NCBI GenBank assembly: GCA_963733055.1
Contig: CAVTBR010000003.1
Location: 160,001 to 224,000 of the forward strand
Reading direction: 5' to 3'
Source: Candidatus Bathyarchaeota archaeon
GTDB taxonomy: Archaea; Thermoproteota; Bathyarchaeia; 40CM-2-53-6
DNA: 64,000 nucleotides
The position numbers and the translations under genes are program-made. The notes below the pieces were generated by a model. It was not told the origin of the DNA. It saw only the letters and a list, made by a program, of their open reading frames with translations, and did not search any database. This document shows, piece after piece, positions 56,727 to 64,000 of this stretch (position 1 is the first letter of the stretch; every line of letters starts with the position of its first letter).

Positions 56727-59492
56727 TTCGACTGACTTGGCTGCCTAGCCATCTCAACCTTTTTCTTTACTCTACCGACCAGTTCTTCCTTAGTCATTCC
56801 GAAGATTATCTTCAAACATTCTAAGACGTCCGATACTGGGTGAACGGAAACCCCTTCCTCGTCTAGTACCCGCATCTCGTCTTTCGCGGCTTGGGCGTTT
56901 GCGACTGGCAAAACCAAATCCGTGACATGAACTCTCTGAGATTTCAGAATCCCAACAACCTTCCCGGTCTGTGTCCCGTAACCGCCTAAGCCACCTACCG
57001 GCCCAACATCAAGCTTAACACCAATTGTTCCGGTCGCAACGATCGTCGGAGAGATCGGTAGTCCCGCTAACTCGGAGAGGAGAGCCAGCACCATCGCTAA
57101 CCCTGCGCTAGGTCCCGAAACTCCTTGCCCAGGTGCGCCTTCAAGTATGCTTCTGATTTGAAAGTGGACGTGTAGTCGGCTGAGGTCCACCTGGGAGTTG
57201 GCCCATAGAAGTGAGCTGACTGCCTCCGTGGCGTTCTCTGCACTCTGAAGAACTGAATCATCAGAAACTACCACCTGCCCGACAACGGCTGAAGTGGCAT
57301 TCCCAGTCACAGAGACTTGGCGTTCACTCTGTATCAGCGGTCTCACTGAACACTGAACTGTGATTACACCTCCACTGCCATCCTCGGTTGCGTATAATCC
57401 AAACGACGCTGCCCGGTGTGGGTTGGGTCAGGATTAGGGCTTCTTCCATCTCCCTTCTTTGTCTGGTCTGATTCGACTCCAAGCCCTGAATTGCTTTTTC
57501 GAAATGGTACAGGCGAATTGGATAGTTATTCTCGTTAAGCTCATCGAATGATTGAGTTGGATCTGAGCCGTCGAGTTGAAACACGTCACGAAGCCTGGCT
57601 AGGTCGGCAGAGTACTTCTGTTGCATCGCGGTTCTTTCTACTTCGTTCTTGCTCGCGCGTAACTCATATGCTGCGCTTATCTCCGATGCCCATAGTCTGT
57701 GAGCTTCCGCTATCGTTTCAGATGCGGCCCTTGGGCTTAGGATTCGTTGCATTCTGAACAGGCGGGTGATTTTGGAGGCATCGACTTCGGGATGAATGAA
57801 GCGATCGAATCTTTGTAGGTGGATCTCGACGACTTCGTTCCACTCCCGATCGTTCAAGGGCGGGTGAACGTAGTAGACGTTTGGTTCAAACCTGTCCCTC
57901 GTTGCCTGATCGATAAGGTTCTCCTTGTTGGACGCGGCGATCACGACGATTCCTTCGTCGGGTTTGATTTCGCTTAACTCAGCTTTCACTTGCGCCAAAA
58001 TCTTGTTTCCCGTTGGATCCGCTCCCCAGAAGATTGCGTCGGCCTCGTCAAGGAAAAGTATGCATGGACTTCTCTGTCTAGCTAAAGCGAATAGGTCCTT
58101 GATTCGTTTCTCCGGTTCGCCAATGTAAGCCGCTCCACTCATCAGTTCGCCACCTCTGACTTTGATGAAAGCGACTTTGTTCTCGGCAGCCGCCGCTAAC
58201 GCGAGTAGGGTTTTGCCGGTTCCGGGTGGCCCGAAGAGTAGGAACCTGCAATTCGATGCGTATCCGAGTTCCGACATCTTCCTGCTAAATGCAAGTGAAA
58301 TATGGTTCAGCACTTTATCTCTGATGTCATGGAGTCCGCCGATCTCTTTCCTTGCGACTTTGGGACTGATCAAGTATACTGCGTCAGTGATCTCTCGTGA
58401 TTTTTCCCGCTCCACATAGAACTTCATTGAATGTGCTGCTTGCGCGAAATCATCCAAGCCCACTTTGTAAATTGGTTTGGTCCACTTTGATAATGGCCCT
58501 GGCATCGAGCGTCTGATCGTCTCAAGTAGGGGCACCTCTTTGGCTCGTTTCACCTCTCGAAATACGCCGAGTATATCATTGGGTGTGATCGAACCGTGCC
58601 TTCGTAGAACCGCCTCTCGTTCTAGAACCTCAAGGATCTCCACCGACGAAATGCCTCTCCAACCTTCGGCGGCAAGCTTATCCTCAACAATTGCTAGCAG
58701 CATCTCCCTCGTCACCCCAGAGTCTAGGTCGACACGGGTGAGTCGGCGACGGATGTCTTCGCGAGTTTGCTCGTAAGAATTCGTGGCGACTATCACGAGG
58801 GTTCGTGCTTCATTCGTGGTGATCTTGTCGAGCCAACGGTTGATTTCGTCCTGCACTCTCGTGTCCTCTAGCTCAGTTCCCGTATCGCCACGAACCTTTC
58901 TCCCGAAGCTTTGGAACTCGTCGATATAGACAACGGAAGGAGTTGAAGCCGCTTGCTCCAGAAGCTTCCCTAGTTGCTTAGTGCTTCTACCGTAGTATTC
59001 AGAGAATACGTCAGATCCTTTGATTATGATAGGTGACAGGTAGATTCCGTTCTTGTGAGCCTCAAGCAGCATCTGTTTCAGCGAAACCATCGTCAGGAAC
59101 GTTTTCCCAGTTCCACTTTCGCCGGTGAGGCAAATCGCTTTGGGAAGCTCATCTTTATCGAACCATTTTCGAAGCATCGGATGCTTCAGAACGTGAAGCC
59201 TGAATGAATCTAACAGAAGGTTGTATTCCTTATCGCGTCCGATTAGTTTCTCAGCCGAGAACCTAGCCGGGGGGTACAACCTGTCTAGGCGTAATTGTAT
59301 TTTCCGAAACTTCCGCGGCGAAATCTTTGACTTCCGCCATTTCACAAACTCCCTATCCACAAGTCTGAGCGGCACATAGTTTGCCCACCGCAAGGGCGCT
59401 GCCTTCTTCCACCACACATCTTTAGAGCCAGTTTCTAGGTTGGGTTGGGAACCTGCTTCGATGTCGTCGAATTGCTCAGCCATGTTACTCAC
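56723..59492 (-). CDS. Tandem AAA+ ATPase fused to a Lon (S16) protease domain; ORFs separated by a 1-nt frameshift near 57410
   Basis: AAA1 GESGTGKT/YIDEFQ; AAA2 GPPGTGKT/FLDEAD. Removing one base gives ...PTPGASFGLYATEDGSGGVITVQCSV into the Lon domain (VTGN, SA.NA, HVHF, SGPSAG, TGTI, PVGG..K, LPVAN). Confidence 0.85.
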
Positions 59493-60378
59493 TTTCTAGG
59501 GGCTTTAGGTCGAACGCTTTTTCAAGAGTGAAACGGATCAGGTAAGCGATGATAACCGCTCCCAGCGCAAATCCTACAACGAAGAGATCCCAAAGTGAGA
59601 GGAGGTTCAGCGAGACCAGAAACATGAACCGCAAGACGAATAGAAGAATCAGTTCCCCTCCCATGATCGCCACGATTGCGACAAAGGATACTAGCAGGAA
59701 CTTGTAACCGATATCCAGCCAGAGGTACGCCTTCTCTCCGCTGTCTAACCGCTGCGCCGACCCTTCTTTGCTCGCAGCCTCACGTCGAATCCACAAGCCG
59801 CCTACTACAAAAAATTGTACGCCTAGTAGTAAGTATAGGGCCTTCACCCACAACGGGAACGCCTGACCGAAGTTGCCGATCCAACCCGCAAAACTGTCCC
59901 AGGGTGAAATCGAGGGGGCTATGGCTATCATGTTGACAGGCTTGGGGTTGAAGTAAACATTAACGTCGAGTTCGAACGATCCACCCGAAACGTAGAAACT
60001 CGTACTGTTTTCGACAGTGTTAGTTCCACCCTGTTTGACAAAGAGGTTAATCGTATAATCTGTCGCCTGACTGAACATCACTCTCACCTCATAGTCGCCT
60101 GCGGTTGCAGATTGGAGTCCGAAATTGTTCGTCGGGTATTGGCTTGGTTTGGCGAGCTGGGCGGCGGAGAGGTTGCCTTGGACAAAGGCCTGTTGTATGG
60201 CAGGGTGGTCGCTTTGAATAATCAGGGAGTCCCCGGCGTTCAGTTGCATGGCCTCGGTTCGTACCGGTGTTTGATCAGCTCGAGCGACTTGAATGCCGGC
60301 CATTAGGATGGGGAGTATGAGTATGAGCAGAAGGTACAATGCAGGCGCTAGTTTTCCATGTGACTGCACGTTGGCCAT
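59485..60378 (-). CDS. Membrane protein with extracellular beta domain and three C-terminal TM helices
   Basis: Signal peptide ending ARA, polar beta-rich domain, hydrophobic C-terminus; stop overlaps the AAA-Lon start by 8 nt. Confidence 0.8.
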   Translation of the reverse strand: MANVQSHGKLAPALYLLLILILPILMAGIQVARADQTPVRTEAMQLNAGDSLIIQSDHPAIQQAFVQGNLSAAQLAKPSQYPTNNFGLQSATAGDYEVRVMFSQATDYTINLFVKQGGTNTVENSTSFYVSGGSFELDVNVYFNPKPVNMIAIAPSISPWDSFAGWIGNFGQAFPLWVKALYLLLGVQFFVVGGLWIRREAASKEGSAQRLDSGEKAYLWLDIGYKFLLVSFVAIVAIMGGELILLFVLRFMFLVSLNLLSLWDLFVVGFALGAVIIAYLIRFTLEKAFDLKPLESE

Positions 60379-60455
60379 GCTCTCCGGGATGAAACCGGTT
60401 TTGTTCTGTCAAAGTTTGGCGTATATTAATGTTCCGAACACGGAACATTAGTGTT

Positions 60456-60665
60456 TCATGGCCGGTCTTGGTCTTCAGCTGACTCGTCCAGCTCCAAAAC
60501 AAGACTCCCAAAATAACCGCACTCTTCACACGCGTAGAGTGGCGGCAATAACCAGCCATTCAAAGACCCCCGCTGCTTAATCTTCAAGCTGCCACAGACG
60601 GGACACGCCTGAGGGACGGGGCCTGAATGTTTCAGACCCTTCATTGCATCGAAGAAAGAACTCAA
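60456..60665 (-). CDS. Small Zn-ribbon protein
   Basis: CPVCGS...GWLLPPLYACEECGYFG. Confidence 0.8.
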   Translation of the reverse strand: MSSFFDAMKGLKHSGPVPQACPVCGSLKIKQRGSLNGWLLPPLYACEECGYFGSLVLELDESAEDQDRP

Positions 60666-60687
60666 TTCGACTTCACGAAAACTCGAA

Positions 60688-61008
60688 TCAATGGATTTCT
60701 ATTGAGGTTTCCGGAAATCCGAACTGTACGAGCAGCTTCTTGACCTTCCCGCGGTGGTCGCCCTGAAGCATTATCAATCCTTCTTTCGAGGTTCCACCGC
60801 AAGCACAGTAAGTCTTCAGTTTCGCACCGAGGTCTCCAAGATCAACGCTCTTGGAGTTTATACCTTCGATTATGGTAGTGGCTTTGCCCCATTTTCTAGT
60901 TTCGAGGCGGACCTTGACAAGCTGCTGCTCCATGCTGATAGTTCCGCAGACACAGAGATCTTTTGGAAGCCCACAAGTTGGGCATACTTCCGCCATTATT
61001 TGCGTCAA
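60688..61008 (-). CDS. sui1: Translation initiation factor aIF1 (SUI1/YciH)
   Basis: CPTCGLPKDLCVC, RKWGK, LKTYCACGGT, LQGDHR. Confidence 0.95.
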   Translation of the reverse strand: MTQIMAEVCPTCGLPKDLCVCGTISMEQQLVKVRLETRKWGKATTIIEGINSKSVDLGDLGAKLKTYCACGGTSKEGLIMLQGDHRGKVKKLLVQFGFPETSIEIH

Positions 61009-61139
61009 TTACTCCTTTTCTAGTTGAGACGATAGCGGCCCGAATAATATTTAAGCCTATGTCTAAACTCTCGGAATTTCGACACGTGAAACTCTCGCTT
61101 GAAGGCGGCGCATGGGAAGACAGTAACGGCTTGATTGCA

Positions 61140-61670
61140 ATGCCACAACCCACTAATCCTCACGACCACGATAACGATCATGAAATTTCAATTGAAACTC
61201 TTTCAACCCCGCCACTCAAGATTCCACCAGCCCCTCTGAGCAACCGGCTTTTAGCCGGCGTTATTGATTCGATCATCATTTCCTTAGCGTGGTTTGCCCT
61301 CATAAGCGCTCAACATGCAACCACTTCGTTATTCCCAGTCCAGCTGACGCTCAGTGACGCATATCTTTGGGCGATCGCATTCGTATACTACTTTCTGCAA
61401 GAAGGATTATTCGCCTCGACTATTGGCAAAACTTTGATGAAATTGCGTGTCGTGGAAAAAACTGGTGACCCATGTTCGTTCGCTGGATCGTTCAAGAGGA
61501 ACATCCTGCGTTTCATTGACTGGCTCCCCGCTCTGTACATTCTCGCTGCAGTAGTTATTTCCGTATCAAAGGAAAAGCAAAGGCTTGGAGATATTGTTGC
61601 CAAGACGATTGTTACCCCTATTCCTGCAAAGGACATCAACCCGCCACCTGCCCCGTTCCTTTTCCACTAA
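61140..61670 (+). CDS. RDD-family membrane protein
   Basis: RLLAGVID, TIGKTLMKLRVV, RNILRFID, QRLGDIVAKTIV; start reassigned to ATG 61140. Confidence 0.88.
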   Translation: MPQPTNPHDHDNDHEISIETLSTPPLKIPPAPLSNRLLAGVIDSIIISLAWFALISAQHATTSLFPVQLTLSDAYLWAIAFVYYFLQEGLFASTIGKTLMKLRVVEKTGDPCSFAGSFKRNILRFIDWLPALYILAAVVISVSKEKQRLGDIVAKTIVTPIPAKDINPPPAPFLFH

Positions 61671-61697
61671 GAGTTCTACTATGATCAGTGAGAACAG

Positions 61698-62873
61698 TTG
61701 CCGGCGAACCTTACTGCCGAAGCCAAAGCCAAATGGCAACTAGCTCAGCTCTCGAAGAACCCTAAGGAGAAGCTTCAAGCCTATGCCGAGTTTCTCGCCG
61801 AGATTCCAGCGCACAAAGGGAATGAGCGGCTAAGAGCCCAAGTTAAGACAAAGATCGCCGAACTCAAACAGGAAATCATAACCCGACGCGGCAAGCATGG
61901 GGGCGGAAAATCTCCGTGGTCTGTGGAACGCGAGGGGGCGGCGCAGGTTATGATCCTTGGGCCGACCAACGCTGGAAAGAGTAGCCTCCTCAAATCGCTT
62001 ACCAATGCGCAGCCAACAATCGCCACATACGAATATACAACGCAGCAACCGATGCCTGGGATTCTTCAGTTTGAAGACATTCAGCTACAATTGGTAGAGA
62101 TCCCCGCGCCCCGACTTGCGCGAAATGGGTCATACGAATTTCAACCAGAAGCCATTGACCTAGTTCATCATTGCGACGGCTTGATCATCCTCGTAGACTT
62201 GACGAGCAGTCCACAGCACCAACTCGAGTTAATCATCAAAGCTCTGGAAGAGGCGGACATATCAATTCAGAAACCTCTTTCGCGTGTTGAGGTGATTCAA
62301 ACGAAGGGTGCTGGAGAAATTCGGATTGCGACCACGAGCACCCAAAGTTCACTCTCGCACGAGCAGATTCGTGAATTATTGCACAGCTATGGCGTCGGGA
62401 ACGCACTAGTTAGAATCTATGGAAGTGCGTCTATTGGCGATGTGGAGGACGCTGTGTTAGAGAATGTGACGCTGTACAAGCCGACTTTGTTAGTCGCAAA
62501 CAAAATCGATCTCTACTCAGCACGCGAGATTTCTTCGAAGTTCAGTGGAAACCTTCCAGCATCTCTCCCAACTGCCATTACATCCTGTTTGACAGGGCAG
62601 GGATTGACAGCGATAGGCGGTAAGTTATTCGAATCTTTAGGGCTGATTAGAGTTTACACTAGAGAGCCAAACGAATCGAAGCCATCCGATCATCCCTTCG
62701 TGGTTCACGCTGGGACAACCGTTAGGGAACTTGCCGGCAGCATACACACCAATCTAGCTGAGAGGTATCGCTATTCACGGATCTGGGGTTCCACTAGCAA
62801 GTTCGCGGGCGAACGAGTTGGCCCAGAGCATGTGCTAGGCGATCAAGATATTGTGGAAATTCACACTGCGTAG
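61698..62873 (+). CDS. DRG/OBG-family GTPase with C-terminal TGS domain
   Basis: MPANLT, HKG, GPTNAGKSS, YEYTT, NKID, IRVYT, IH, HVLGDQDIVEI. Confidence 0.92.
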   Translation: MPANLTAEAKAKWQLAQLSKNPKEKLQAYAEFLAEIPAHKGNERLRAQVKTKIAELKQEIITRRGKHGGGKSPWSVEREGAAQVMILGPTNAGKSSLLKSLTNAQPTIATYEYTTQQPMPGILQFEDIQLQLVEIPAPRLARNGSYEFQPEAIDLVHHCDGLIILVDLTSSPQHQLELIIKALEEADISIQKPLSRVEVIQTKGAGEIRIATTSTQSSLSHEQIRELLHSYGVGNALVRIYGSASIGDVEDAVLENVTLYKPTLLVANKIDLYSAREISSKFSGNLPASLPTAITSCLTGQGLTAIGGKLFESLGLIRVYTREPNESKPSDHPFVVHAGTTVRELAGSIHTNLAERYRYSRIWGSTSKFAGERVGPEHVLGDQDIVEIHTA

Positions 62874-63306
62874 GGCTGAGCCCGAGCAAGATTGCTCGGT
62901 TAGCTTAGATTCGTGCGCGGCGTCGTCTTCTGAAGTTTTTTATCCTCCAGAAGCCGCTTGAATCACGATAATATTCCATGACTTCCAATATTTCTCACCA
63001 GAAACAGAATTCTAATCCCCTTCGCCACTTAGGGGTTTCACCGTACGGGTAGGAATGGTTTCAGCCATTCACGCCGATAATTCGGGGGCGGAATTGCAAC
63101 TTCCAGGCAAACCTGGTCGATCAAGAGCCCGTAGCTTGATGCGTGGATCTAAACAATTGCAGGAAGTCGAAGCTGACTCGAAAAATTCGTTGAAGGGTTT
63201 CAGTGAATTCTAGGTGCGTTACAGCTGTAAGAAAGGCTAGTACAATGCCGAAAGCGCAATTCTGGGCGTGATCTAGAAAGTTGTTGAAAACTGTCGAGAA
63301 ATTTCG

Positions 63307-64000
63307 TTAAGAATTGCGCCGGGCAATCGCGAGTATGCCGCCTAGGATTCCCAAGATCATACCTGCGATGAATCCTCCGCCAACTATGAGGCTGAAGATC
63401 GCGAAGGGAAATATTACCACGTCAGCTAGAGCACCATTACCTAGTGCCATGATTATCGCGCCCAGAACCAACGTAAGTCCGATTATGGCTCCGAGCATGA
63501 AAGCGTATGACGGTCCTATCGCCGGGAGCCAGAAGAATACTGAAGACCACAACGCCCAGAAGCTGGGTGAAAGCAAAGCGGCGCTGTTCAGCAACGCCAA
63601 GATTCCTGATAGTAACGACAGGACAACGGCGATGATATTTCTTCCGCCGAGCTTACCTGCGGAAACAAGTCGAGGCGCAGGAGGTGGGAGAACGACCTGT
63701 GGTCTTCCGCAGAAGGGACAATAGACTGTATTCAGCGGCATTACTCTGCCGCAGTATCTGCAACGAACCGTGGGCATGGGTAGAATGTATCGCACTCGCG
63801 GCCTTGGCGGCGGAGCAACCGGAATTGCGACTGGAACGGCTGCAGCCACTACGCGCCGCTTCTTTCCTGAAAGCGCAAAGGCAAGTAGAGCCAGACCAAG
63901 CGCGAGGAGAAGCATGCCGATGACTAGCCAGAAGATCAATGGGTTGAACGGATAGGTGACGACAACCGGTCCAGGAATGCTCAGCGTAGCGCTGACCGTG
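63307..64000 (-). CDS. Membrane protein with zinc ribbon and C-terminal TM bundle; 5' end beyond the window
   Basis: Frame open from 63939 to the window edge; TM, Pro-rich linker, CRYCG...CPFCG, several TM helices. Confidence 0.7.
   Translation of the reverse strand, partial: TVSATLSIPGPVVVTYPFNPLIFWLVIGMLLLALGLALLAFALSGKKRRVVAAAVPVAIPVAPPPRPRVRYILPMPTVRCRYCGRVMPLNTVYCPFCGRPQVVLPPPAPRLVSAGKLGGRNIIAVVLSLLSGILALLNSAALLSPSFWALWSSVFFWLPAIGPSYAFMLGAIIGLTLVLGAIIMALGNGALADVVIFPFAIFSLIVGGGFIAGMILGILGGILAIARRNS

Noticed and set aside
52426-59492. Eukaryote-like ubiquitin operon (JAMM, AAA, E1)
   Set aside because: No ubiquitin, E2 or RING gene seen; the JAMM is Mec-like and the E1 lies 48 kb away in a sulfur-relay context
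1-64000. CRISPR array, cas genes, rRNA, transposase or integrase
   Set aside because: No regularly spaced repeats or recognisable motifs found while reading the window

Overview
Archaeal chromosomal segment, inferred to be TACK and probably Bathyarchaeia-like. Evidence: TFB, aIF1, crenactin/arcadins, archaeal TIM and pantoate kinase, geranylgeranyl reductases, and BHB-intron tRNAs. From left to right: a small accessory stretch next to a multi-intron tRNA-Cys; a sulfur-relay cluster (ThiI, ThiF/MoeB); a bioenergetic block (Rieske, cytochrome b, CuA cupredoxin, heme O synthase; A-type ATPase H/E/C/K; complex I membrane arm A-H-J-K-M-L-M plus a detached N); a glycolysis/gluconeogenesis operon with bacterial-type PfkA and class I FBPase; a KAP NTPase islet; CoA biosynthesis genes; a tRNA-Gln(CUG) with four introns; a cluster of tiny ORFs; a JAMM protease; the crenactin-arcadin operon; TFB; and an operon encoding a membrane protein plus a tandem-AAA+/Lon-peptidase fusion. 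Most notable: the four-intron tRNA-Gln, the AAA-AAA-Lon fusion with its membrane partner, and a 2M-type complex I with a lengthened NuoL helix. At least six conserved genes carry single small indels, most likely assembly errors, and I joined those ORFs by hand. All family assignments come from motif recognition without database searches.
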